Positions 16,947 to 25,635 of a DNA stretch of 64,000 nt are shown here, piece by piece (the stretch's first letter is position 1; every line of letters begins with the position of its first letter). The translations under genes were made by a program, and so were the position numbers. The notes under the pieces were generated by a model, which did not search any database, was not told where the DNA came from, and was given only the letters and a program-made list of their open reading frames with translations. This DNA is from a virus (lineage: Duplodnaviria; Caudoviricetes): the IMG/VR virus record IMGVR_UViG_3300021256_000056, positions 64,001 through 128,000 of that record, one strand, 5' to 3'.

Positions 16947-17729
16947 CTAGCGAAGAATATTATTCTTTATTTCCTCAATGTGTGAATTTATATAATTCCT
17001 AATTTCTTTGTCAAACAATGAGCCAGGTTTTACTTTAATATCTTTATTACCATTTGAATCACCCTTAACAGCGTATTCTATGTTTCCGTTGTTATCAAAG
17101 AAAACTATGTTAAAGAATCTGCCATCTGATGAATAAGGGAGGTCGCTATGACCAATCCAAATCTCATAACCGCTGGGGCCCTCCATTTCACTTTCGGCAA
17201 GACTGTCCCTCTGGCTTTCATAAGTATCGTCTGGATTTGGACCGTCCCATGAACCATCATCGTAGCTTTCGTCCTTAAAATATTCAGAATACTCACCTTC
17301 CCTGAACTCTTCAAGGTCGTCATCGTTGCTTATGTAACGTATGGTATTGCAAGCGAATTCATATGCTTCAAAGACATTTTTATCCTCTTCGTCTTCGCTT
17401 GAATTTTTTAACATACTTGCTTTTGTTTCAAGAGATTTTAATTCACTCTCATTTAGAATTTGGCAATCATCATAATCATCAGGGCCAGCGCCAGACAAGC
17501 CTCCGTTATAGTGAATACTAAACGGAATTAGGGGATTCAAGCCGACCTGTTTTAACATTTCTAAAACCCAGGCTCCGTCGAGCCCAAGATTGTCAACAAT
17601 ATAACTAACAATGTCGATTTTTCCGTCAAATGATTGGGCGCCATGCTCGGTTCTCATTTCAGCCAGCATCTTTATGGTCTTAGCAACCATTTTCTTTATA
17701 TCACTTTCAGTAATTTGTATCTTTGCCAT
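16947..17729 (-). CDS. Probable internal head protein (acidic)
   Basis: Start moved to MAKIQITESDIKKMVAKTIKMLAE, right after the upstream stop. Confidence 0.6.
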   Translation of the reverse strand: MAKIQITESDIKKMVAKTIKMLAEMRTEHGAQSFDGKIDIVSYIVDNLGLDGAWVLEMLKQVGLNPLIPFSIHYNGGLSGAGPDDYDDCQILNESELKSLETKASMLKNSSEDEEDKNVFEAYEFACNTIRYISNDDDLEEFREGEYSEYFKDESYDDGSWDGPNPDDTYESQRDSLAESEMEGPSGYEIWIGHSDLPYSSDGRFFNIVFFDNNGNIEYAVKGDSNGNKDIKVKPGSLFDKEIRNYINSHIEEIKNNILR

Positions 17730-17730
17730 A

Positions 17731-17925
17731 TTAATAAGGTTTGTATCCGTAATTTCTGGTGTAGCCACCGTTTATTTGCATTCCCCTCCAAAGTTGTGCC
17801 CAATATAATTTCTCGAGCTCTTTAGGGTCTGGGTTATATTTCTTCTTTTCTTCCTCAATTTTTTCATTGTAATCAAGGACATCTTTAATTACTTCTGAAT
17901 TGAGGGCTTGAAATCTATTCTCCAT
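17731..17925 (-). CDS. Small hypothetical protein
   Basis: 64 aa; TAATG-coupled within the operon. Confidence 0.65.
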   Translation of the reverse strand: MENRFQALNSEVIKDVLDYNEKIEEEKKKYNPDPKELEKLYWAQLWRGMQINGGYTRNYGYKPY

Positions 17926-18851
17926 TATTGTTTCCTCCTTGCTCCAATCTTTTTCTTATTTTCGCTAAGATTTTTGTCTTTCAAGATGTTTTGGTCGTCA
18001 AGGCTTGGGTCGTCGCCTTTCGTTTCAAGACCAGGGGCATCAAACCCAAAATCTCCAGCTGGGGTATTCATAACTGCAGGTGCGTCTTCTGCTAACATCT
18101 TTTTGACATACTCAAACTGTTCTTCGTTCATAAGGACGGTGCGAGTTATGGGCTTTTCTGTTAAGGGAGCAACAAACTGGCCAGCGTCGGGATTATTGCC
18201 ACCGCCTTGCATACAGCCAGCACAATCAGTCTCATTGACTTTCTTATCCAGTCCACCGCATTTTTTGTATTTTTTATCTGTGTCCATTGATTCAATATCT
18301 TTTATCATTTGTTCCTGATTACCAAAAACCTGAGGAACATAATTATTTTCATTATCATTAACATAATTCGCCCATCTTTCTGTTATATCACCAGGCTTTC
18401 CTTGAGCAATAACCTTTTCGTCGCTATTACTAAAGGGTGGGGGTGTCGAACTTAACAGTAGTGCATCGAAATAATTTAAATCTTCATTTATTGGGCAGCC
18501 TTCCACTATATTACTTTCAAAGAGATTAATAAATAAATCTCTCATTTTCTTTTTGTAATCTTTGCGCGGTAACTTATATGTCACGACAAACATATCTTTA
18601 CCATCATCACCCGTCTTAATTTTCTCAGTACGTAATAAAACGGCAGATTCTTCATCATTCTTGTCAGTACGCTTTAAGAGTGATGAAAGTGCTTTTTCAT
18701 CATCTAGGCCATAACTTTTCAGATAATCATCAATATGGGCGGTGAGTGGATTAGTGAGTAACTGTTTCATATACGATTCCATGTGAGAAATGAAACCGTA
18801 TCGTGTTATTGGGTCTTTGAAGTACCTTTCGTTTAGTTGCTTTTTATCCAT
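17925..18851 (-). CDS. Probable head/core protein
   Basis: LNE, INE, VNE, LAE, LSE sites; internal VLMNEEQFEYVKKMLAE leader-like motif. Confidence 0.55.
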   Translation of the reverse strand: MDKKQLNERYFKDPITRYGFISHMESYMKQLLTNPLTAHIDDYLKSYGLDDEKALSSLLKRTDKNDEESAVLLRTEKIKTGDDGKDMFVVTYKLPRKDYKKKMRDLFINLFESNIVEGCPINEDLNYFDALLLSSTPPPFSNSDEKVIAQGKPGDITERWANYVNDNENNYVPQVFGNQEQMIKDIESMDTDKKYKKCGGLDKKVNETDCAGCMQGGGNNPDAGQFVAPLTEKPITRTVLMNEEQFEYVKKMLAEDAPAVMNTPAGDFGFDAPGLETKGDDPSLDDQNILKDKNLSENKKKIGARRKQ

Positions 18852-19069
18852 TATTGCCTAATGTCGTGGTCGTAAATGCCGTTTTTCTGCCAGAGCGTCC
18901 TAAAGAGATTTTTAACAACATCTGCAGCAACATTCTTAACACGACTTTCAAAGTCTTTATCTTGCTTTATGAGGTTGCGCACAATTTTAGTAACTTCCTC
19001 CTTGGATAAATTTTCCTCCTGGAGGATGCTTCTTAATTGTTCTTCATTTATTAAAACTTTCTTGGACAT
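18851..19069 (-). CDS. Small probable head protein
   Basis: MSKKVLINEEQLRSILQE leader; late motif upstream. Confidence 0.6.
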   Translation of the reverse strand: MSKKVLINEEQLRSILQEENLSKEEVTKIVRNLIKQDKDFESRVKNVAADVVKNLFRTLWQKNGIYDHDIRQ

Positions 19070-19087
19070 TCCTTTACATATTTTATA

Positions 19088-19096
19088 ATAAATAGT
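19088..19096 (-). promoter_or_regulatory. Putative late promoter ACTATTTAT
   Basis: Exact motif 18 nt upstream of ATG 19069. Confidence 0.7.
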
Positions 19097-19118
19097 CTTT
19101 TTAAGATAAAAAACAACG

Positions 19119-19141
19119 AAAAAGCCGCCCCGAAGGACGGC
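19119..19141 (-). terminator. Intrinsic terminator with UUCG tetraloop
   Basis: GCCGTCC-TTCG-GGGCGGC-TTTTT on the minus strand. Confidence 0.9.
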
Positions 19142-19164
19142 AAAATAATGATAAATTAGCTAAA

Positions 19165-19683
19165 TTAGAGTCTATTTTGTAGGGATTGTCCCATGCGTTC
19201 CAAATCAGCCGCTTCGCTATTCCATGCGTCCCTCCAATTATTGTAGAACCCAAAGAGTTTGTTCAATATTTGAAGATTATCTTTGCTTAGGATTAAGCCA
19301 TCAGACCAGATAAAACAACCGTTGCCCGTGTTTGTTTTCAAAACAAATTGCCATTTAAGGTTGTTTAAGCAAGGAATAATTCCCCCAAAGACAAGATTTC
19401 CTGTCTCTGGCATATAAATTAAGGGACTGCTTGCGACATCTTCGTCGGATGGGTCGGAAAATTGCGCTCCGCCCTCGACGGATACTCTAAATTCTTCTAT
19501 TTGACTGGATAGGACGGACTGCCCAAACACAGGGTCGTCGGTTATCGCAATGGCCTTGGGCTCTTTACTATCAGAAGAATCTTCTTTAAGTATTTTTTTA
19601 TTTTGATTTGTTTGATTACCTTCCTGAATACTTCTAATAGTATTCAGCATTTCCCTTGTAATGAGTGAACTGTCCTTTTCCAT
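19165..19683 (-). CDS. Probable head-associated structural protein
   Basis: Start moved to MEKDSSLITREMLNTIRSIQE; also an ILKE site. Confidence 0.55.
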   Translation of the reverse strand: MEKDSSLITREMLNTIRSIQEGNQTNQNKKILKEDSSDSKEPKAIAITDDPVFGQSVLSSQIEEFRVSVEGGAQFSDPSDEDVASSPLIYMPETGNLVFGGIIPCLNNLKWQFVLKTNTGNGCFIWSDGLILSKDNLQILNKLFGFYNNWRDAWNSEAADLERMGQSLQNRL

Positions 19684-19688
19684 AATAA

Positions 19689-20129
19689 TTACCAATCTTG
19701 AACCATACCATTCCAACTATTGCTTATTTGCATGTTGGAATACTTTTTCGCCACTTTTTCGACGTTATTTTTAATTTTTTCAACCTTTGCAATTTCATCT
19801 TTAATGATTTGCTCGGCGTTTTCTGGGTCGCTCTCGAGTTTCTGCTCTAACTTATCCTGGGATTCCTCAAGTTCTTGGTTTGCATTGGCAAGTTCTTGCG
19901 CCTCGTCGATTGCCTCGGTTGGTACCTCGCCGTCGTTTGCTGGTTCCAAGTTCTCAATTTCCTTAAGAGCATCTTCAATTGCTCCTTCTACCTTTTCTTC
20001 TGTTTCTGCAGCATCGCTTTCTTGTGTGCCCTCGTTTTCAATTCCGTTATTAACTTCGAGATTGTTTTCCTGAAGTTCTACTTCGGGGCTGTTTTGTGCA
20101 GCTTTGCTTGTTTTACCATTTCTAGCCAT
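19689..20129 (-). CDS. Acidic coiled-coil protein (scaffold-like)
   Basis: Glu-rich with a C-terminal WNGMVQDW; late motif upstream. Confidence 0.55.
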   Translation of the reverse strand: MARNGKTSKAAQNSPEVELQENNLEVNNGIENEGTQESDAAETEEKVEGAIEDALKEIENLEPANDGEVPTEAIDEAQELANANQELEESQDKLEQKLESDPENAEQIIKDEIAKVEKIKNNVEKVAKKYSNMQISNSWNGMVQDW

Positions 20130-20140
20130 AAAATTGTATG

Positions 20141-20848
20141 TTAATTATAAATAGTTATTAATGCCGAATTATTATATGCCGCAGCACGCATTTTGGTGAG
20201 GGCTTTTTCGTTAATTTGGCGTATTCTTTCTTTAGTTAAACCAAGGTCCGCGCCAATTTCCTCTAAGGTTTCCGTTTCACCTCCATTAAGTCCATAATAT
20301 CGACTTACGATTTCCTTTTCTTTGTCGTTGAGCACTCTCACGAGGTCAAGAACCGTTGATGCTCTTTCTTCTTTGTCTGCCTGGCCATCTGTATATATAT
20401 ACGACGGTTCTACCACCTTTTCGTTGGTTTCGTCGCTAATAAGGGGTTCCTCGTAATCCTGTGGATAATCCTCCGTATTGTTTTTATTTCTTTTTTCGAT
20501 TGCCTCCAAGATAGATTGTCGAATCCACCACACTGAGTAACTGATTAATTTATTTCCCTTCTCAGCCTTGAATTTTTTTAGGGCCTTTATGAGGCCGTAA
20601 TTTCCCTCTGCTACCAATTCGGAGTAAGATAGTCCCCTACCTCTATATGCTTTCGCTATATTTGCAACAAACTTTAGATTTGATTCGATAAGTTTGTTCC
20701 TTGCATTTAAATCGTTATTCTTTTTATATTTTCTCCAGAGTCTCTGTTCTTCTAATCGCGTTAAGGGTGTTGAATTTGCGATTTCCTGATAATAGATTTG
20801 TGCGCTTCTATCGAAGTCATCCACAAATACCTTTTTCTTAATAGACAT
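20141..20848 (-). CDS. Phage sigma-70-family factor (regions 1.2, 2 and 4; region 3 reduced)
   Basis: YYQEIANSTPLTRLEE; LIESNLKFVANIAKAY...EGNYGLIKA...SYSVWWIRQSI; TLEEIG..LGLTKERIRQI. Confidence 0.9.
   Translation of the reverse strand: MSIKKKVFVDDFDRSAQIYYQEIANSTPLTRLEEQRLWRKYKKNNDLNARNKLIESNLKFVANIAKAYRGRGLSYSELVAEGNYGLIKALKKFKAEKGNKLISYSVWWIRQSILEAIEKRNKNNTEDYPQDYEEPLISDETNEKVVEPSYIYTDGQADKEERASTVLDLVRVLNDKEKEIVSRYYGLNGGETETLEEIGADLGLTKERIRQINEKALTKMRAAAYNNSALITIYN
20147..20155 (-). promoter_or_regulatory. Putative late promoter embedded in the last codons of the sigma gene
   Basis: ACTATTTAT encodes T-I-Y of the sigma C-terminus, 17 nt before ATG 20129. Confidence 0.65.
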
Positions 20849-20894
20849 TTTTAAACCATAGGCTTTAATTTTTATTGTTAAACGAAAATAAACT

Positions 20895-23282
20895 TTAATC
20901 TTTTACTTCAATATGGCTGACGTGATTTTGTTTTACAACAGTTATAACCCTGTTATGCCACTCGTACACTGCCTTAAGATGCGTTATCTGCAAAATAAAC
21001 GCATAATTTTCTGCTATTTTATCATACAAATTCTTCATATTCTCATAATTCTCTTCGGCAACGCCCCCAAGAATCTCGTCAAGCAATATGAACGGTGGTT
21101 TTGAAAGTGCTGACATTTTCCCTAATACGACACGTAGAGCTAATGCTGCGGCTGTTTGTTCAAAGCCTGAACCTGCGGCAAGGCGTTCACGTACGCCGTC
21201 GCTGCAAATAAGAGTGAAATCAACATCATTTTTTTCGTTAATTTCAACTTCTACGGTAAAGTCGCATACGCCATCAAGCAAACGTTTTAACTCACTATTA
21301 ATAATAGGTAATGCGTTTCTGAGAACCATTTTAGAAATACCGTCTTTACCAATAAGCATGAGATAAATTTTCCAATTTTTTTCTATCTCAACTTCTTCTT
21401 TGATTTTATTGATAATAACATTCCTGTCAACAATTTCTTTCTTGTAGGTTTCAATGTCTTTCTTGAATTCTACAATAACCTCATTCGCGTTATTTCTAAT
21501 ATTTGTTTCAGTAGTAATATTTGTTTTTAACAAATTAAGTGAGGTGTCAATTTTATTGTTGCTTTCAATTGCCGCTTTATTATCCTGTATATCTTTTTGG
21601 AGTTGCCTTTTCTCCTTATATTCAATGCGTTTGTTCCCGATTTCGACCTCGAGTTTGGATATAAGTAGTTCTAACCGATTTTTCTCATTAAATTTAGCAC
21701 GTTCAATATCCATTTTACTAATCTCTTCTTCGAGGCTCTTCTTTTGTTCATTGATTTCTATACCACGGTCAATGAGCTTGTTGATTTTCTTTTTATTCTC
21801 CTCAATCAAAGGAGTATTATCAACATTATCGTATCTGCGTTTGCAAACAGGACAAAACTCGCTATTCTTGAGATTGTTATTTGTTTGTTTGAGGCTCTCT
21901 ATATTGGATTTAATCGTGGCTATTTCTGTGATGAGGGGCTCTTTGGCATTACACTTTTCTTTATATAAAGCCTCGGAGAAATTAACTTCTCCAATCTGAG
22001 CGACTTCTTTCTCGTAGCCTTCTTTCTCTGCGGCTCTAACTTTGCCTGTCTGTACAAGGCGGTTAATTGCCTCTTCTAATGTCACAATATCGACCTTAAG
22101 CAGGTCTGCCTTAATTTCCTTTTTGGCTGAAAGAAGGTCTTCTTTGGCCTTGTTATATTCCTCCAATTTGTCGTCACACTCCTTTACTCTTCGGGTGTTT
22201 TTTGCAATTTGGTTTTCCGCATCTTCTATTCTCGCCTCATATTGTTCGATTTCTTGTTTGAGTGTTTCGGTGTTATACCTGTTGACATAGCGGTTGACGC
22301 TTATCTCTTTATTCCATTTTTCTCTTGCTTTTACATCCTTGTCCTCTAGTGGGAGTAAACCAATCCATCTTGAAAGAAGTCTGCCCCTGTCGGTTTCCTT
22401 TAGTGAAATAAGCTGTTTGAGGTTATCCGAATTTGCGGAAATAACTAAGTCAAAGTCACGTTCGTTACCGATAGCCTCTTTTATTGCTTGCGTGGTTTTT
22501 ACATTGGTTCCTTCGTTTAGGTTTTCGTTGTCTTCCAATACTTCAGAAGTTCCATCGGGGAGCATTCTGAAATATTCAATTTTTTGGGTTACTGGCCTAT
22601 TTTTTCTTGATGCTGCTGGTCTCGTAAGAGTTCTTCTGATAACATAATCTTCACCGTCAATATTTATACATCCCTCAACTTTGAGATGCGTTGCTTCGTT
22701 TAGATGATTATTAAATAAATCTTCAAGTGTCTTTGCTTTACCAGAAGAGGTTTTTCCAAAAAATAGAAAGTGGAGTAAGTCATAAGCAAATGTTGATTTT
22801 CCGCCCTGGTTTGCGGGTACGCTGTTGAGAAGAACCAGTCCGTGTAAATCAGTAAAATCAAAATGATTATTCTCTCCATATGAAAGAAAATTGTCCCAAT
22901 CCAGCCACTTTAAGGTGTATTTACGACCTTTTTCATATGAATCGTAATCTATAAGACTGTTTATTTGGCTATCAATCTTAAGTATTTCATCCAAATTATA
23001 ATCTTCTATTCCATGCTCTTTGAGATATGGTACAAAAAGCTGTTGTTGGAATTTCGGGTCCTGGATATTTTGTATTGTTTCATTGTTAAGAGCGACTTCC
23101 CCCTCAACATTTGTCGTAATAAAATTGGGCAATACTTTGATGTGAGAGACTGGTATCCCGTATTTTTCAGCAAATTTTGCTCTTATGCTTTGTTCTTTCT
23201 CGTCAGAATAGTTTATAGATTGAACATTCCAGACAATCTGCACCTCACTGTTGGTGCTTATGTTGACTTTTGTTTTTCCCAT
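20895..23282 (-). CDS. SbcC/Rad50/T4 gp46-like ABC ATPase
   Basis: NFLSYG, Walker A NQGGKST, coiled coils with CPVC zinc hook, signature GSGFE, Walker B FILLDE, ITH loop. Confidence 0.9.
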   Translation of the reverse strand: MGKTKVNISTNSEVQIVWNVQSINYSDEKEQSIRAKFAEKYGIPVSHIKVLPNFITTNVEGEVALNNETIQNIQDPKFQQQLFVPYLKEHGIEDYNLDEILKIDSQINSLIDYDSYEKGRKYTLKWLDWDNFLSYGENNHFDFTDLHGLVLLNSVPANQGGKSTFAYDLLHFLFFGKTSSGKAKTLEDLFNNHLNEATHLKVEGCINIDGEDYVIRRTLTRPAASRKNRPVTQKIEYFRMLPDGTSEVLEDNENLNEGTNVKTTQAIKEAIGNERDFDLVISANSDNLKQLISLKETDRGRLLSRWIGLLPLEDKDVKAREKWNKEISVNRYVNRYNTETLKQEIEQYEARIEDAENQIAKNTRRVKECDDKLEEYNKAKEDLLSAKKEIKADLLKVDIVTLEEAINRLVQTGKVRAAEKEGYEKEVAQIGEVNFSEALYKEKCNAKEPLITEIATIKSNIESLKQTNNNLKNSEFCPVCKRRYDNVDNTPLIEENKKKINKLIDRGIEINEQKKSLEEEISKMDIERAKFNEKNRLELLISKLEVEIGNKRIEYKEKRQLQKDIQDNKAAIESNNKIDTSLNLLKTNITTETNIRNNANEVIVEFKKDIETYKKEIVDRNVIINKIKEEVEIEKNWKIYLMLIGKDGISKMVLRNALPIINSELKRLLDGVCDFTVEVEINEKNDVDFTLICSDGVRERLAAGSGFEQTAAALALRVVLGKMSALSKPPFILLDEILGGVAEENYENMKNLYDKIAENYAFILQITHLKAVYEWHNRVITVVKQNHVSHIEVKD

Positions 23283-23746
23283 TAATTTAATCTTGTAACT
23301 TTCTTATTTCCATTTCTTACCGTTGTGTAAGTGGTCCCTTCGTTTTTCTGCTCCTCTTTGGGGTCAACTTCTTTAACTTCTTGCGGAATATTATCCGCAA
23401 TTTTTGCGGTTACTTCTTTTACCTCTTCAGCGGATGGCCCCAAAACTAGCTTAGTAAGCTCCTTGTTGGCGCCAAAATATGCGTCTTCACCAATAATGTC
23501 GACAACCTCTTTGATGGCTTTTTCCGCCCTCTCGCCAGGGGAAACCAAGTCCTTAGCTGGTTCCAAAACGAGCACGTCACCCCTTGCTTCAAATGGTGTT
23601 GCGCCAAACTTTTCAATTCTAAATGCCTTCGATAATAATGTTTCTACAAAAAAATTAAGTTTAAGCTCGTTAAGGGTGCAATATTCCTTAATTTCATTGT
23701 ATAATTTCCTGCTAATTGAGACTGTATGTTTTTCGTTGTTACTCAT
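23282..23746 (-). CDS. Protein with N-terminal ribbon-helix-helix-like DNA-binding domain
   Basis: Start moved to the ATG of MSNNEK; HTVSISRKLYNEIKEYC...FFVETLL strand-helix-helix pattern. Confidence 0.5.
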   Translation of the reverse strand: MSNNEKHTVSISRKLYNEIKEYCTLNELKLNFFVETLLSKAFRIEKFGATPFEARGDVLVLEPAKDLVSPGERAEKAIKEVVDIIGEDAYFGANKELTKLVLGPSAEEVKEVTAKIADNIPQEVKEVDPKEEQKNEGTTYTTVRNGNKKVTRLN

Positions 23747-23752
23747 TTGGCT

Positions 23753-23784
23753 CAAATGTATGTTTTTTTTCTGAGAAAAACAAG
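23753..23784 (-). promoter_or_regulatory. Bacteroidota-type promoter for the RHH-sbcC-sigma operon
   Basis: CTTG-N20-TACATTTG, 6 nt before the ATG. Confidence 0.75.
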
Positions 23785-23827
23785 TGACTTTTAAGTTTAT
23801 TTGTTTATTTTTTAAAAAAAAAGAAGA

Positions 23828-24625
23828 ATGGAAGAATCTACTATCTACCCCCGAATAATCCTAGGTCTTGATATCAGCACTGCTTGTATTGGGGTTTCAA
23901 TTGTACTTGACGACGGCAAAAGCGATTTGCCGAAAATATTAAAAATAACCCATGTATCACCCAAAATCCCAAACAAGATTAAGGGCATGGAGGCGTTGTT
24001 CCTCAGAAAAAAGCTATTCAAGGAGCAGTTTATCCCTCTGCTGAAGGATTATAATATTACTGACGTTGTTGTGGAGGAGCCATTGCTTTCTTCTAATAAC
24101 GTCAACACTGTTGCTACGCTTTTAAGATATAACGGCATGATTTCTGATGCTATTTATGAGACCCTTGGCGTTGTTCCGACAACAATTTCTTCTTATGATG
24201 CCAGGATGTACTCTTTTCCTGAGCTTGTTTCTCTCAGAAAATATAATAAACGCGGGGAGGTCTATCCTCTTAAACATATAAAGAGTGCCATTAACGCTGG
24301 TAACATTGTTCTTTTCGGGGCATATCCTTTCGATATCGATAAAAAAACCGTAATGATGAATATGGTAAATGGTGTATATAAGGATATAGAATGGATTTAC
24401 AATAAAAAGGGTGAAATTAAGAAGGAAAATTATGATGCCTGTGATTCTCTTATATGTGCTTTAGCATATGTCAATATTAATCATCACGGTATAGAAGCCC
24501 CTGTCATCGCTAATAATTCATTTGAAGAAGGTGATACTCAGTACATATTCACATATCAGACTAAAATTTGGGATAGGATTTACGATAAGAAAATCGTCAT
24601 AGATAAAAATGAATTAACAAAATAG
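23828..24625 (+). CDS. RuvC-like Holliday junction resolvase
   Basis: ILGLDISTACIG, VVVEEP, YDACDS acidic catalytic pattern. Confidence 0.75.
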   Translation: MEESTIYPRIILGLDISTACIGVSIVLDDGKSDLPKILKITHVSPKIPNKIKGMEALFLRKKLFKEQFIPLLKDYNITDVVVEEPLLSSNNVNTVATLLRYNGMISDAIYETLGVVPTTISSYDARMYSFPELVSLRKYNKRGEVYPLKHIKSAINAGNIVLFGAYPFDIDKKTVMMNMVNGVYKDIEWIYNKKGEIKKENYDACDSLICALAYVNINHHGIEAPVIANNSFEEGDTQYIFTYQTKIWDRIYDKKIVIDKNELTK

Positions 24626-24650
24626 AGAATACTTTAAATAGTTTTTGTTT

Positions 24651-24684
24651 CCGTCATTCTTTTTTGGAAGAATGGCGGTTTTTT
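24651..24684 (+). terminator. Intrinsic terminator
   Basis: CCGTCATTCTT-loop-AAGAATGGCGG-TTTTTT. Confidence 0.85.
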
Positions 24685-24706
24685 GTCTATGTTTTCACTG
24701 TGGGCG

Positions 24707-24715
24707 ACTATTTAT
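24707..24715 (+). promoter_or_regulatory. Putative late promoter ACTATTTAT
   Basis: Exact motif 30 nt upstream of ATG 24746. Confidence 0.7.
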
Positions 24716-24745
24716 TGAGAAATAAGATAAGAAAAGAAAATCGAC

Positions 24746-25618
24746 ATGTCACAAGGATATACGTACAATGCAATAGCAGAACATCCCATTATCCCAGAGT
24801 TCGATGACAATGAGACTAAGTACAAATGGAATGGTGCTCTTCTCAATCTTTCGGACTTGCCTGTTTCTGACTATACAAAAACAATTTACAACATCGCTGG
24901 TAGTGTCACAAGTGAAACTGAGGTTGTTACAAATACTCTCTCTGTCTCTCTTGAAAATACGGGTGATACTTATGAACTCGTAGTTAACGCACAATATGCC
25001 CCTGAAGCAGATATTACAGTCAGACTTACGGTTGAAGGTGAGTCTTCCCCTGTTGAGGTTGTTCTTAATAAGGGAAGTTTAAGTGCTAAAACGGCTCTTT
25101 CTATACCTTCAAGTGCTGCAAGGCCTGGTTTATCAAACGCAAGTGTCTCCCCAAGCAAGGATAACACGTATACTTATCAGGTTGCAATTGAGCAGATAAT
25201 TACTGATAAATTTAAAGTTTATTTCGGACAGTTTTACGAAGATGAGCTTGATGATATGCAGAACCTTATCCCTGGTATGAACAGTGATATGGTTGATACC
25301 GCAGGCACTAACATGACATTTACAATTCCCGCCGTTGATTTTACTTTTACATCAACGACCCAAATGGAAGAATTCAAATATGGTTTGGTTATTGCCATAC
25401 CTAAACAGATTTATGAAGGAAACCAATATTTCCTCGCTGAGCAGCAAACTCCAGGTATAAAGGAAGAAGGATTCATCTTCAAAGAGAACGACGTGATTGA
25501 TGGTGTTGAATATTCCGTTTTATGTAGAGTTGGTGATGGTCTTGAATTTGTACCTAATGACGTAGCAAGCGGTGGTGGGGATATAAATTATGTGTTTATC
25601 ATAAAATATGTTAAGTAA
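24746..25618 (+). CDS. Probable virion protein (beta-rich)
   Basis: Late motif; Ig-like middle segment; C-terminus resembles that of the next gene (IAIP...IDGVEY). Confidence 0.5.
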   Translation: MSQGYTYNAIAEHPIIPEFDDNETKYKWNGALLNLSDLPVSDYTKTIYNIAGSVTSETEVVTNTLSVSLENTGDTYELVVNAQYAPEADITVRLTVEGESSPVEVVLNKGSLSAKTALSIPSSAARPGLSNASVSPSKDNTYTYQVAIEQIITDKFKVYFGQFYEDELDDMQNLIPGMNSDMVDTAGTNMTFTIPAVDFTFTSTTQMEEFKYGLVIAIPKQIYEGNQYFLAEQQTPGIKEEGFIFKENDVIDGVEYSVLCRVGDGLEFVPNDVASGGGDINYVFIIKYVK

Positions 25619-25635
25619 AAAAACAAGAATAAGAT

